Virus record (IMG/VR): IMGVR_UViG_2541047910_000002
Strand: one strand, 5' to 3'
Origin: a virus
Lineage: Duplodnaviria > Heunggongvirae > Uroviricota > Caudoviricetes
DNA: 37,677 nucleotides
The notes under the pieces are model-generated. The model was not told where the DNA came from. It was given only the letters and a program-made list of their open reading frames with translations, and searched no databases. A program made the position numbers and the translations under genes. Numbering within the stretch: the stretch's first letter is position 1; each line of letters begins with the position of its first letter. This document shows positions 28,493 through 37,677 of this stretch, piece after piece.

Positions 28493-28681
28493 TCAACTGA
28501 TGACATCCATTGAGCGGTTGTATTCGTGGGTTCTGATTTTTGCCATGAGTTCATCTGTTAGTTCAGAAACCCACTGCAAAGCCAGCCCCTTCTCTTCATC
28601 ACTACACTCACTAGTCGCTACAAGCTTAAGAAAAAAATCAATGCGCTGGAGCTTCAAAGACTCCAAAAAATAGTCCTGCAT
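28493..28681 (-). CDS. small protein, first gene of the LexA-controlled operon (possible Tum N-terminal part)
   Basis: 62 aa with AGGAGG SD; translationally coupled to the DinI-like gene; LexA box about 45 bp upstream. Confidence 0.55.
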   Translation of the reverse strand: MQDYFLESLKLQRIDFFLKLVATSECSDEEKGLALQWVSELTDELMAKIRTHEYNRSMDVIS

Positions 28682-28722
28682 CTTTCCTCCTATGACACCA
28701 AAGCAATACTGTATACATAACC

Positions 28723-28741
28723 ACTGTTTATATTTACAGTA
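28723..28741. promoter_or_regulatory. LexA (SOS) box
   Basis: aCTGTttatatttACAGta fits the CTGT-N8-ACAG consensus; a second partial box (tactgtatacataaccactg) overlaps at 28708-28727. Confidence 0.7.
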
Positions 28742-28833
28742 TATAATAATCTTACTGATGTAAAACGTTTTTTTACGTTCATCAGCCTGATATGCCTGGT
28801 ATTATTAAGAGCACGAATTGTTAACCCGCGTAA

Positions 28834-31248
28834 TTAATACAGGTTCCGCCACTTATCATCTTCCTGCAAACGCTGGTTCCGATAGAAGATACGCAGGCCT
28901 GCTCCTGACGGAATACTGCCGCCGCGAAGGAGTAAATCGACCTCTTTCTCGCTACCATCAAATCCTCTGGACTTCAGCTCATAGACGAGCTGCAGTCGCT
29001 GATGGTCTGTAATTCGCTGTTTGTAGTCTTTACGCCGTTTCGGTTTAACCAGGCGTAACCTTGCAGCCAGTTCCCGGCGCTCTTTTTTGCTCATACTGTG
29101 CAGGTAATCGTGCAACTCCTTGTCATCCATGCGGGTAATGTCCGTTCTGATGTCCCCATCAGCTGATTTATCTTTCTCCTGTTGGTTCAAATTTTCAGCA
29201 AGGGGACAGTTATTGCCACGAGTCCAAGGGGCGCAAGCGCCCTGGTCGGCTGCCGCCTCCTGAACGTCAACGGCTTTACGAACCATTTTCCACTTCACTG
29301 CATGGGTGCAGATCTTGCCCTCTGCAATGGGTGACCAGATGCCATAAATACGAATGCCGTGATCGCCATAGGCGGTCGGCTCTTCGTTGATTTCATAAGC
29401 GGTTCTGATGAGGTGATATTTACGGGGAACCAGTACGCCGCCCTGCTTCATGATGTAGGTGGCAAAACAACCAGCATCAGCAGCAGCCAGAATGGCATCA
29501 AGACGCGGGTTATCCAGTACCGGCGCACCTGCTTTTTTGTCACCCTGTTGCCTTGCCGCCTGACCAGCCAGCAAGCGAAGTTCACGGTAAGCCTGACGCC
29601 CCGGAATACCAAAGAAGCGGAATTGCTGAACACGATGCAGAGACGCCCAGGCATTCACGTATTCAGCGTTATCACGCAGAGATTTACCCGTTTCCTTGCT
29701 GATCTCGCCAGCCAGACCACGACCGTCAATGTTCTTACTGATATATTTCGCGATGTAGCTTGTCGGCGTTCCTTTGCGCGGGTTAATCAACTCAGACTTA
29801 AAGCGCGGCCCAGTGTTATTGCCCAGCTCCTCGCGGTCTTCACGGATGGCAAACTTACGCAGTAATGCAGTGATGGCACGGCGGTCTTTTTTGCGCATGA
29901 AACACAACAGGTGCCAGTGAACTGTGCCATCATGATGCGGCTCAGCCACCCGCACGCCATACCAGCGCAACCCGGCTTTGTGCATCGCCTTACGAAATGC
30001 AGCAAACATGCCGACCAGATAATCGCTGCTTTGTCTTACCGTCGCGTTTGTCCAGGTCGGGTTTGGTCTGCCGTTATTTAGCGTGGAATGGAAACGCGAC
30101 GGACAGGTGATAGTGTAGAAAACGGCGCAGTCACCGCGCATTTCCGCAATAAGCTCCAGACCTTTAACACAGGCCATCATCTCATTGCGGCGATGCGCAG
30201 GGTTGCTGCTGCTGGCGTTTACCACCTCCTCCATGTCCAGCGTGTCGCCGTCTTCGTTCACCAGTTCATGAGAACGGAAAAACTCCAGCGACTTACGGCG
30301 CTGCTCACGTTTATGCATCACGGCTTCATAGCTGACATAAGGAGATGCTTTTTTGCTGACCAGGCAAACAGCGCGCAACTGCTCTTCCCGCCATTCGCAA
30401 CGCATCTTCCATAATTTCCGATACCACCAGTCGGCGCACAACATACGCGCCAGCGAACCCGGAATGAGTTCATAGGGCACGGGTTTACGGCGGTTTCTTT
30501 TCCGACGGAGTTGCTCAAACGCAGGTGGGATGACATCCAGACGCAGGGTTTCCGCTGCCACCTTTTCCCATGTCTTGCGGATTTCTTCTGGCTTAACGTC
30601 ATCGGTGGCATACAAATCACCACAAGCTGCATCAAGGCACATACTCATATGCGCAGCTACCAGGGTGGACAGGCGTTTCACCTGATCCTGACTCATTTCA
30701 GGCAGGATCAGCAGGCCGTCCAGCCCTTCATGGCTTGCCATAAAGCGAAAAGATGCAGATAGCTGACTGTCGCGTACATGCTCCAGTCGTTCCAGACATG
30801 GCTTAATCGTCTCACGTAAATAGCGGGAATAAGCCTTTGGCCTGCCCAGGCTGCTGAAGTATTCAATACGTTGCATCAGCGGCTTGCTGATATGGGAAGG
30901 CAGGGCGTTGACGTCCGCCAGAATGACCATGTCTGAATTAAAACGCTGCTGCTCATGCGCCAGCTTTGCCCGGCTAATGAGCTTATCCTGCTCCATTTCG
31001 CGCTGGACAGGATCACGTGATTCATTAAAGAAATAACGCTCCCAGACCTGATCACTCAGTGCCTCGCGGCGCAACTGTTCCTGCTCGTTATCGGCAGCGT
31101 ACAGAGTGATCAGGTTTGAAAGCGTAGAAACCGGCGCAACTTCCGCCGGGTCCAGATAAGGGTTAATGGCCTTTTTCGGGCTGTTCCATGAGAATGCTGC
31201 GGCAGCCTCGTTAAAGCCGCAGCAGTTGTTCATATCGGCATGACTCAT
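28834..31248 (-). CDS. A: rolling-circle replication initiator A
   Basis: 804 aa with HxH (VHWHLL) and YIAKYISK active-site tyrosine motifs typical of P2 gpA; ATG overlaps the dam stop. Confidence 0.9.
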   Translation of the reverse strand: MSHADMNNCCGFNEAAAAFSWNSPKKAINPYLDPAEVAPVSTLSNLITLYAADNEQEQLRREALSDQVWERYFFNESRDPVQREMEQDKLISRAKLAHEQQRFNSDMVILADVNALPSHISKPLMQRIEYFSSLGRPKAYSRYLRETIKPCLERLEHVRDSQLSASFRFMASHEGLDGLLILPEMSQDQVKRLSTLVAAHMSMCLDAACGDLYATDDVKPEEIRKTWEKVAAETLRLDVIPPAFEQLRRKRNRRKPVPYELIPGSLARMLCADWWYRKLWKMRCEWREEQLRAVCLVSKKASPYVSYEAVMHKREQRRKSLEFFRSHELVNEDGDTLDMEEVVNASSSNPAHRRNEMMACVKGLELIAEMRGDCAVFYTITCPSRFHSTLNNGRPNPTWTNATVRQSSDYLVGMFAAFRKAMHKAGLRWYGVRVAEPHHDGTVHWHLLCFMRKKDRRAITALLRKFAIREDREELGNNTGPRFKSELINPRKGTPTSYIAKYISKNIDGRGLAGEISKETGKSLRDNAEYVNAWASLHRVQQFRFFGIPGRQAYRELRLLAGQAARQQGDKKAGAPVLDNPRLDAILAAADAGCFATYIMKQGGVLVPRKYHLIRTAYEINEEPTAYGDHGIRIYGIWSPIAEGKICTHAVKWKMVRKAVDVQEAAADQGACAPWTRGNNCPLAENLNQQEKDKSADGDIRTDITRMDDKELHDYLHSMSKKERRELAARLRLVKPKRRKDYKQRITDHQRLQLVYELKSRGFDGSEKEVDLLLRGGSIPSGAGLRIFYRNQRLQEDDKWRNLY

Positions 31249-32102
31249 GCACGTACTCCGTACACGGCAGAACTATCCACGCCACGCGAATAATCAAATC
31301 CCATCCAGCAGCGCGGCCCGGAAACAGCAATGATTTCTGTTGCTGATTTACCCTCGCCAGTTGCCACACCGATGCTGCGTTTAACCTTGATATAGTGGTG
31401 AGTAAAATTGCGATACAGCGAACGGATCAGGGATGTGTCACTGTTAGAAACAATGACCGGATGTCCTTCTGATGACCGATGTTCAAGAATGGATGCCAGG
31501 TGATACTGGTCATCTTCAGTGAAACCATCAGTGTGATAGCCGGAAAACGTACCGTCATATGGCGGATCGCAATACACCACATCTCCCGCCTTCAACATCG
31601 CCAGCGTTTCATCAAAGCTGGCGCAGATAAACGTTGCTCGCTGGGCTTTTTCTGCAAATGTGCGAAGTTCTTTTTCAGGGAAATACGGATTTTTATAATT
31701 ACCGTAGGGAATGTTGAAATGCCCGCTCTTGTTATAGCGACATAAACCACGGTAACCGTGACGATTGAGATACAGGAAATATACCGCTTTCATGAAATCA
31801 GTAATTTCAGTTGAGCAGTTAAACTCCTGCCTTATGTTGTAATAAGCCACCTCCCTGTTTGCGATCTCAAATAAAACTCTGGCGCGAGATATAAACGATT
31901 CACAATCAGCGGCAACCTTTTTATAGAGGTTGATTAAATCAGGATTAATATCCGCAACCAGATAGCTGGGATAATCCGTTTCCATCATCACAGCACAGGA
32001 ACCCGCGAAAGGTTCAACCAGTCGCGGGCCAGCAGGAAGGTATTTTTTCAGTTCTGGCATAATGGCGGTTTTATTTCCCGCCCATTTCAGGATAGTGCTC
32101 AT
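31245..32102 (-). CDS. dam: DNA adenine methyltransferase (Dam-like)
   Basis: LKWAGNK...LVEPFAGS (AdoMet motif) and CDPPY catalytic motif; start placed at MSTILKWAG, overlapping the upstream stop. Confidence 0.85.
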   Translation of the reverse strand: MSTILKWAGNKTAIMPELKKYLPAGPRLVEPFAGSCAVMMETDYPSYLVADINPDLINLYKKVAADCESFISRARVLFEIANREVAYYNIRQEFNCSTEITDFMKAVYFLYLNRHGYRGLCRYNKSGHFNIPYGNYKNPYFPEKELRTFAEKAQRATFICASFDETLAMLKAGDVVYCDPPYDGTFSGYHTDGFTEDDQYHLASILEHRSSEGHPVIVSNSDTSLIRSLYRNFTHHYIKVKRSIGVATGEGKSATEIIAVSGPRCWMGFDYSRGVDSSAVYGVRA

Positions 32103-32326
32103 ACAGCACCTCCGTTGTAATGTTTGCCTTTCAGTTCTGCGATTTCCTGACAGGTAATGCAAAGCTGCACTCCCGGAATGGCGCGGCGTCGTGCTGGCGG
32201 AATTGGCGCTTCACATTCAATGCAAAGTACGCGTGACACGCCCGGTGATTTGGCACGGGCTGCACGGATATGGCGCTGGCGTTCTTCTTCAACGCGCTGC
32301 TGTACGAGATCCATTGCATCAGCCAT
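32099..32326 (-). CDS. TraR/DksA-type C4 zinc-finger protein
   Basis: 75 aa with CIECEAPIP...CITCQ (CxxC-N17-CxxC). Confidence 0.7.
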   Translation of the reverse strand: MADAMDLVQQRVEEERQRHIRAARAKSPGVSRVLCIECEAPIPPARRRAIPGVQLCITCQEIAELKGKHYNGGAV

Positions 32327-32565
32327 TAGTGGATCTCCTGCGCTTCGTTCTGGATTGCTTCAGCAGTCACGCGCAGCAGTTCTGCCGCTTCCACGTGGTT
32401 TAGCTGGCGGGATGAGATATGACACGCCAGGCTATCAAGGCGAGCAGCCATTGCTTCAGCCCTTGCCCGGCGTTCTTCCAGACGAGCCTCTGTCAGTAAA
32501 ATATTAAGCCCTGCGTCATCCGGTCCGGTTTTAGTCGTGAGGGTTTCAATATTACGCATAATCAA
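32326..32565 (-). CDS. hypothetical early protein
   Basis: 79-aa ORF in the early operon, stop overlapping the next start. Confidence 0.5.
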   Translation of the reverse strand: MIMRNIETLTTKTGPDDAGLNILLTEARLEERRARAEAMAARLDSLACHISSRQLNHVEAAELLRVTAEAIQNEAQEIH

Positions 32566-32626
32566 TTCTCCTGAATTTAGATAAAGGGATGCCCGGCGGG
32601 TTTACGCCATTAATTTCATTAGTTGG

Positions 32627-32968
32627 TTAATTCGGCATGGTTAGCCGTCTGGGAAATAAGCTCACCACTGCACGAAAATGATTCATTGCTTTAATCAGCT
32701 CCCGCTTTTCGTCAGTGGTCAGCTCATTAATGCTGATGCTATGACGTTCAGCTGGAATTTTTGCCATAAAGAATATGGCAGCCAGTGCCCGTTTATTTTG
32801 TTCATTATTGATATCCCGTGGATCACGCATATCTTTAATAAACCGCTCAAGCTCTGACTCAATATTCAGGCCAAAAACTTTCGCCCTTAACTCCGCAATG
32901 TGATTAAGTCCATTCAGGCGTTCACCGGGGCTTAATGGAACAGTTGCTGCAGCGCCATTAATTGCCAT
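32627..32968 (-). CDS. hypothetical early protein
   Basis: 113-aa ORF co-oriented in the early operon. Confidence 0.5.
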   Translation of the reverse strand: MAINGAAATVPLSPGERLNGLNHIAELRAKVFGLNIESELERFIKDMRDPRDINNEQNKRALAAIFFMAKIPAERHSISINELTTDEKRELIKAMNHFRAVVSLFPRRLTMPN

Positions 32969-32990
32969 ACTTCATATCCCCCAAACGCAG

Positions 32991-33215
32991 CTATCGTTCT
33001 TTGTTCTTACGGTAACGCTCAAGAGGAGATACATTTTTTCGTATCGTCTCTTTAACCTGCTCTCCCCGTAAAAACGTCCCATCCTTTAACGTGAAAAAGT
33101 AACTGCCATCGCCCGACAATGACGGATAGCAACAGAGCAAATCATCTTCAGGTACTGAATAACTCTCCCCTCTGTAACGAAACTGATAAACCACTTCACT
33201 TTCTGCCGCATACAT
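32991..33215 (-). CDS. hypothetical early protein
   Basis: 74-aa ORF with protein-like composition; overlaps the 3' part of the ORF below in another frame. Confidence 0.45.
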   Translation of the reverse strand: MYAAESEVVYQFRYRGESYSVPEDDLLCCYPSLSGDGSYFFTLKDGTFLRGEQVKETIRKNVSPLERYRKNKER

Positions 33216-33382
33216 TTGGACTTTCTCCGTTTCCTCGTGGTCAATTCAGACAGCAATTCATCTTGTGAATGACATGGATGCCAGCGTTTTCCATCCTCAC
33301 CCGTGATCCAGCCGTGACCGTAGTGCATTGCCGGGCTTTGTTTTACCAGCAGCGATGCAAATGATGGTTCTTTCGTCAGCAT
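33086..33382 (-). CDS. hypothetical early protein (uncertain extent)
   Basis: start at MLTKEPSF has GAGGTG SD just after the cII stop; the C-terminal part overlaps 32991-33215, so the true stop and frame are uncertain. Confidence 0.35.
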   Translation of the reverse strand: MLTKEPSFASLLVKQSPAMHYGHGWITGEDGKRWHPCHSQDELLSELTTRKRRKSKCMRQKVKWFISFVTEGRVIQYLKMICSVAIRHCRAMAVTFSR

Positions 33383-33389
33383 AAACACC

Positions 33390-33899
33390 TCACAGCAAAC
33401 CGAATGAAGCACCAAGGCCAGTCATGGTATCAACTGCACTCGCCATCGCAGGATTAGCCTGTAAACGGGCTTGCAATGAAACAGCAGCCAGCGCCATCAG
33501 TCGTGTTACAGAGTTAATGCTGCTGATAGCATCACGACGACCGGCACTAGTTTTTACATCACCAGATACCGCACCTGCTGCAACACGCCCGATCTCTGCA
33601 GTTGCGCTCATGACGTAATGCGGCAGTTTCTCTTTTGCTACCTCATTAATCGGTACACATGGCAGACAATGAATCTGTGCCAGAAAACCATCTACCAACG
33701 TTGAATCTTCAGTCAGATCGGTAAGCAGCCAGATTTCTGGTGCGGTTAATAAATGAGGTTGAGCTGGGTTCAGCTTGTTCCGCAGAATCTGCACATTCAT
33801 GCCCGCACGTTCTGCCAGTTGCACCAGATTGTGGCGCAGTGCGAATGCACGACAGGCTTCATCAAAATGTGGATGTTTGGAAACTTGGTAATCAAACAT
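33390..33899 (-). CDS. cII: CII-like lysogeny establishment regulator (186 type)
   Basis: 169 aa from [24 protein letters not shown]..., matching phage 186 CII from memory; ORF track start is over-extended. Confidence 0.8.
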   Translation of the reverse strand: MFDYQVSKHPHFDEACRAFALRHNLVQLAERAGMNVQILRNKLNPAQPHLLTAPEIWLLTDLTEDSTLVDGFLAQIHCLPCVPINEVAKEKLPHYVMSATAEIGRVAAGAVSGDVKTSAGRRDAISSINSVTRLMALAAVSLQARLQANPAMASAVDTMTGLGASFGLL

Positions 33900-33931
33900 G
33901 GTCGACACCTCTGATGTATCCCAAAATGGAA

Positions 33932-34153
33932 CTAGTTGAATACAACATTGCAATCAGTAAGTGCATCAACGGTAAGAGCAGCAAGGTTGATCATTACCTT
34001 TTCTCTTTTCTTGTCTTTACGAAGACGATGCCGAGGAATGCGACCATCCGCCAACATATCGTTGATTGTGTCGATTGAAAGACCAGTAAGTTCGCTATAA
34101 CGCTCGATTGTGACGTGTGGCGTATTCAGAGTTATTGAAATGTTAGGGGTCAT
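33932..34153 (-). CDS. apl: Apl/Cox-like excisionase and repressor of the lysogenic promoter
   Basis: 73 aa from [10 protein letters not shown] with GGAGA SD; HTH ...[22 protein letters not shown]; divergent from cI. Confidence 0.65.
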   Translation of the reverse strand: MTPNISITLNTPHVTIERYSELTGLSIDTINDMLADGRIPRHRLRKDKKREKVMINLAALTVDALTDCNVVFN

Positions 34154-34203
34154 GATGCAACATCTCCTATTGGCTTGTGGTGAGCCTGTAGTAATCGTGA
34201 CAA

Positions 34204-34219
34204 GTACCCAATTGGGTAC
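34204..34219. promoter_or_regulatory. candidate operator in the apl/cI switch region
   Basis: perfect 16-bp palindrome GTACCCAATTGGGTAC 30 bp upstream of the cI ATG; half-site AGTACCCAA recurs at 34261-34269. Confidence 0.45.
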
Positions 34220-34248
34220 AAAACTGATACTAGGATCGCAAAAGAGAT

Positions 34249-34845
34249 ATGTCAACATCAAAGTACCCAAGTGAGATCAAAATAAATCCCAATAAAGGTG
34301 GTAAGGCTGCGATTGAGCGATTAGTCGAAGCCTATGGCTTTACGACACGACAGGCTTTAGCTGATCACTTGGAAGTATCAAAAAGCACACTAGCGAACAG
34401 GTATTTGCGGGATACATTTCCTGCTGACTGGATAATCCAATGTGCTCTTGAAACAGGAACCTCCCTCAAATGGTTAACTACCGGACAAGGCCTTAAGCAA
34501 AGCTCGCTGACAGCAGCTACAGAAGAGCTTGTTAAGTTTCGCCTTGCCGCAGGCAAAATGATTGAAGACGGTTCATATGTCTTCGATTCATCATTTCTTC
34601 CTGCAAACCTTTCATCACCAATTGTTGTTCAGGATGGACTCGTCACATACATTTGTGATCAAAAATTTTCTGAAGTACTTGATGGAAACTGGTTAATCAA
34701 TATCGACGGAACCTATTCCATTCGAAAAATCACAAGGCTTCCTAAAGGAATGATTAAAATTACAACAGCAGAGAATAGCTTTGAATGTGCATTTTCTGAT
34801 ATTGAAGTGGTTGCTTGTATAAGAAGTACAATAGTCTCGAATTAA
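34249..34845 (+). CDS. cI: CI-like immunity repressor
   Basis: 198 aa, N-terminal HTH (TTRQALADHLEVSKSTLANRY), divergent from apl/cII. Confidence 0.75.
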   Translation: MSTSKYPSEIKINPNKGGKAAIERLVEAYGFTTRQALADHLEVSKSTLANRYLRDTFPADWIIQCALETGTSLKWLTTGQGLKQSSLTAATEELVKFRLAAGKMIEDGSYVFDSSFLPANLSSPIVVQDGLVTYICDQKFSEVLDGNWLINIDGTYSIRKITRLPKGMIKITTAENSFECAFSDIEVVACIRSTIVSN

Positions 34846-34865
34846 TATAGTAAAAGGATTTTAAA

Positions 34866-36542
34866 ATGAATTCATTTGCCATCGTTATACTCTTATTAGC
34901 ATTTCTCGCCCCTGTTCTAGCTGTAATATTATTTAAACAAAGTAAAAAACACAAAGCGGCTATAGATAACCTGACAGCTAACAACATAGCCCTTTCTAAC
35001 CAACTGATTGAAAATCAAGAAAAACTAGCACAGACCGTACGAGAATTATCAGAGCTTGAAGGGCGAGCAGCACCATTGTGGCAATACGAAGAATTGCACA
35101 GCGCAGTAATGGATGCAGAGAATAAGATAAAAAATGCGGACTCAATAGCCAAGCAAAAAATAGATGAAGCCCAAATTAAGGCGGCTAAAACAGTAAACGA
35201 AGCAAATTATCAAGCTCAGATGACAATAAGCAACGCTAATAGCGAAGCTATAGCAATCACCAAAGACGCTCGCGATGCACGCCTGAAAGCCAAAGAACGT
35301 CTTGATAATGCTAATAATAAAGCAAATGAGCTAATCTCAAATGCTAATGACAATGCAGTAAAAATTATTTCTGATGCAGAAGAAAGAGCAAAGGAGATTG
35401 CTGGTTCAGCATATGAAGCTAAAGAGTTTGCAGAAAAATATGAAGCAGTTGCAAAATCAATGAAAAATAAAATTGAAGGTTATGGTGATGAATGGATCAT
35501 CCCTAACCGTAGTGTACTTGATGAGCTGGCAGAAAATTATGAATTTACAGATGCAGGCAAGGAATTACAAAAAGCCAGAGAGTTAACCAAATCATTAATA
35601 AAAACTAATAAAGCTGCTTCGTGTGATTATGTTGAGCAAAACAGGCGTAATACTGCCATAAACTTTGTTTTGGATGCCTTCAATGGAAGAGTTGACAGTA
35701 TTTTATCAAAAGTCAAACACAACAATTTTGGAAAACTTTCCCAAGAAATAAAAGATGCATTTCAACTAGTAAATTACAATGGCTCTGCCTTTAGGTCCGC
35801 AAAAATAAGTGACATCTATCTTCAGGCAAGACTCAACGAGCTAAAATGGGGTGTAGCAGTTAATGAAATTATGCTCGAAGAAAAAGAAGAGCAAAGAAGG
35901 ATTAAAGAACAGCTTCGTGAAGAGGAAAGAGCTCGTAGAGAATATGAAAAAGCGATAAAAGAAGCTGAAAAAGAAGAAAAAGCTATTCAGCAAGCTATAA
36001 ATAAAGCAACGAAAGAACTTATGCTTGCAAATGAAGAACAACGCTTAGCTTTAGAGCAAAAAATAGCTGAACTACAGTTAAAATATGAAGAAGCTGAAGC
36101 TAAAAATCAACGAGCTATTTCTATGGCTCAACAAACCAGATCAGGCCACGTCTATATCATTAGTAATATTGGTTCATTTGGCGAAGATGTATATAAAATT
36201 GGAATGACACGCCGCCTTGAACCACTTGATCGTGTTCGTGAACTCGGAGATGCTAGTGTTCCTTTTTCGTTCGATGTTCATGCGATGATTTATAGTGATG
36301 ATGCACCATCATTAGAAAACCATCTGCATAAAGTTTTCAACGAAAAGCAGGTCAATAAAATTAACTCACGAAAAGAGTTTTTTAACGTAAATTTAAAAGA
36401 AATCAAATCAGTTATTGAAGACATGAACATCAACGCCCACTGGACAATGTTTGCAGAGGCGAAAGAATATAGAGAGTCTCTATCTATTGAGCAGGAGCGC
36501 AAAGCAGCCACTTCCGCCAACGATGAACTACATGTTGCTTAG
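34866..36542 (+). CDS. membrane-anchored coiled-coil protein with C-terminal T5orf172/GIY-YIG-like domain (DUF4041-like architecture), accessory gene
   Basis: N-terminal TM helix, long Ala/Lys/Glu-rich coiled-coil, C-terminal GHVYIISN...YKIGMTRR...VPFSFDVHAMIYSDDAPSLENHLHKVF...RKEFFNV; AAAGGA SD; markedly A+T-rich; inserted between cI and int. Confidence 0.6.
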   Translation: MNSFAIVILLLAFLAPVLAVILFKQSKKHKAAIDNLTANNIALSNQLIENQEKLAQTVRELSELEGRAAPLWQYEELHSAVMDAENKIKNADSIAKQKIDEAQIKAAKTVNEANYQAQMTISNANSEAIAITKDARDARLKAKERLDNANNKANELISNANDNAVKIISDAEERAKEIAGSAYEAKEFAEKYEAVAKSMKNKIEGYGDEWIIPNRSVLDELAENYEFTDAGKELQKARELTKSLIKTNKAASCDYVEQNRRNTAINFVLDAFNGRVDSILSKVKHNNFGKLSQEIKDAFQLVNYNGSAFRSAKISDIYLQARLNELKWGVAVNEIMLEEKEEQRRIKEQLREEERARREYEKAIKEAEKEEKAIQQAINKATKELMLANEEQRLALEQKIAELQLKYEEAEAKNQRAISMAQQTRSGHVYIISNIGSFGEDVYKIGMTRRLEPLDRVRELGDASVPFSFDVHAMIYSDDAPSLENHLHKVFNEKQVNKINSRKEFFNVNLKEIKSVIEDMNINAHWTMFAEAKEYRESLSIEQERKAATSANDELHVA

Positions 36543-36600
36543 CAATGTATGTTTCATAGTAATCACACATTGATTACTGGTTACATATACAGTTAAATTT

Positions 36601-36624
36601 AGCCCTCTGATATGAGGGCTTTTT
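36601..36624 (+). terminator. hairpin terminator immediately upstream of int
   Basis: agccctc (36601-36607) / gagggct (36614-36620) stem then tttt, directly abutting the int ATG at 36625. Confidence 0.5.
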
Positions 36625-37677
36625 ATGGCAGTACGAAAACTAACAACAGGGAAATGGCTTTGCGAATGTTACCCCGCCGGACGAAGTGGGCGTCGTGTGC
36701 GTAAACAATTCGCTACCAAAGGCGAAGCACTGGCTTTTGAGCGCCACACGATGGAAGAAACCGAAGCAAAGCCCTGGCTGGGTGAATCAGTGGATCGTCG
36801 AACACTGAAAGACGTGGTTGAGCTATGGTTCAAACTACATGGTAAATCTCTGACAGCTGGGCAGCATGTCTATGACAAATTGCTGTTGATGGTTGACGCT
36901 CTGGGCAATCCTCTTGCAACCGATCTCACCTCTAAAATGTTTGCCCACTATCGAGATAAACGCCTGACAGGCGAGATCTACTTCAGCGAGAAATGGAAGA
37001 AAGGAGCAAGCCCGGTCACCATTAACCTGGAGCAAAGCTATCTAAGTAGTGTTTTTAGCGAACTATCCCGTCTGGGCGAATGGTCGTATCCGAACCCACT
37101 GGAGAACATGCGAAAATTCACCATCGCAGAAAAAGAGATGGCATGGCTTACCCATGAGCAGATTGTTGAATTGCTGGCTGATTGCAAACGTCAGGACCCA
37201 ATTCTGGCACTGGTAGTTAAGATATGCTTAAGCACAGGCGCACGCTGGCGTGAAGCCGTAAATCTTACCCGCTCACAGGTGACCAAATACCGAATTACCT
37301 TTGTCAGAACGAAGGGGAAGAAAAACAGAAGCATCCCTATCAGTAAAGAGCTTTACGAAGAGATCATGGCGCTTGATGGGTTCAATTTCTTCACAGACTG
37401 CTATTTTCAATTTTTATCCGTGATGGAAAAAACGTCTATCGTGCTCCCTCGCGGTCAACTCACACACGTTCTGCGCCATACGTTTGCGGCGCACTTCATG
37501 ATGTCGGGTGGAAACATTCTGGCCTTACAAAAAATTCTCGGACACCACGATATAAAAATGACTATGCGTTACGCACATCTGGCACCGGATCATCTAGAAA
37601 CGGCGCTCCGTTTCAATCCTCTGGCAACGCTGCCAAGTGGCGACAAAGTGGCGGCAGCGGTTGGCATTACCCCGTAA
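36625..37677 (+). CDS. int: tyrosine integrase (P2 Int family)
   Basis: 350 aa; RHTFAAHFMMSGGNILALQKILGHHDIKMTMRYAHL catalytic region; N-terminus similar to P2 Int; last codons span the att repeat. Confidence 0.9.
   Translation: MAVRKLTTGKWLCECYPAGRSGRRVRKQFATKGEALAFERHTMEETEAKPWLGESVDRRTLKDVVELWFKLHGKSLTAGQHVYDKLLLMVDALGNPLATDLTSKMFAHYRDKRLTGEIYFSEKWKKGASPVTINLEQSYLSSVFSELSRLGEWSYPNPLENMRKFTIAEKEMAWLTHEQIVELLADCKRQDPILALVVKICLSTGARWREAVNLTRSQVTKYRITFVRTKGKKNRSIPISKELYEEIMALDGFNFFTDCYFQFLSVMEKTSIVLPRGQLTHVLRHTFAAHFMMSGGNILALQKILGHHDIKMTMRYAHLAPDHLETALRFNPLATLPSGDKVAAAVGITP
37638..37659. repeat. putative att core, int-side junction
   Basis: tggcgacaaagtggcggcagcg, matching 2835-2855 with one mismatch (A/G). 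Confidence 0.6.

Larger units (their letters stand above)
2835..37659. mobile_element. P2/186-family prophage (complete or near-complete)
   Basis: contiguous P2-order gene set from ogr to int, bounded by 21/22-bp direct repeats. Confidence 0.85.

Noticed and set aside
28248-28681. the 62-aa and 77-aa ORFs considered as a frameshifted pseudogene of a single tum gene
   Set aside because: the downstream ORF has its own strong SD overlapping the upstream stop, which looks like deliberate translational coupling rather than decay; left as two genes, with the split noted as uncertain

Overview
This window holds the left host flank (grxA, ybjM, ybjL) and an essentially complete P2/186-family myovirus prophage of about 34.8 kb inserted downstream of ybjL. 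All protein identifications are from reading the translations and recalling family motifs and P2/186 gene order; no database search was run. The prophage is bounded by a 21/22-bp direct repeat (2835-2855 and 37638-37659) that abuts the ogr stop on the left and lies inside the last codons of int on the right. Running left to right it carries ogr, tail genes D-U-T-E/E'-FII-FI, a Gin-type invertase with a ~1.9-kb invertible tail-fibre segment (G-segment-like), fibre H and baseplate I-J-W-V, S-R, the lysis cassette, head genes L-M-N-O and divergent P-Q, a cos-like site, replication initiator A, dam, a 186-like cII/apl/cI switch and int. TGT-N12-ACA late-promoter dyads, a -1 frameshift site in E and a LexA box upstream of a Tum/DinI-like module are visible. 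The most interesting content is accessory cargo at two classic moron positions. (1) A cos-flanking island: a TIR-domain protein inserted between portal gene Q and cos, and on the other side of cos a protein with an Mrr-like PD-(D/E)xK nuclease N-terminus and a Cys-rich C-terminal domain, plus an ASCH protein flanked by short direct repeats. (2) An A+T-rich, membrane-anchored coiled-coil protein with a C-terminal T5orf172/GIY-YIG-like domain inserted between cI and int. These are candidate anti-phage or superinfection-exclusion functions that I could not match to a characterised system from sequence alone.
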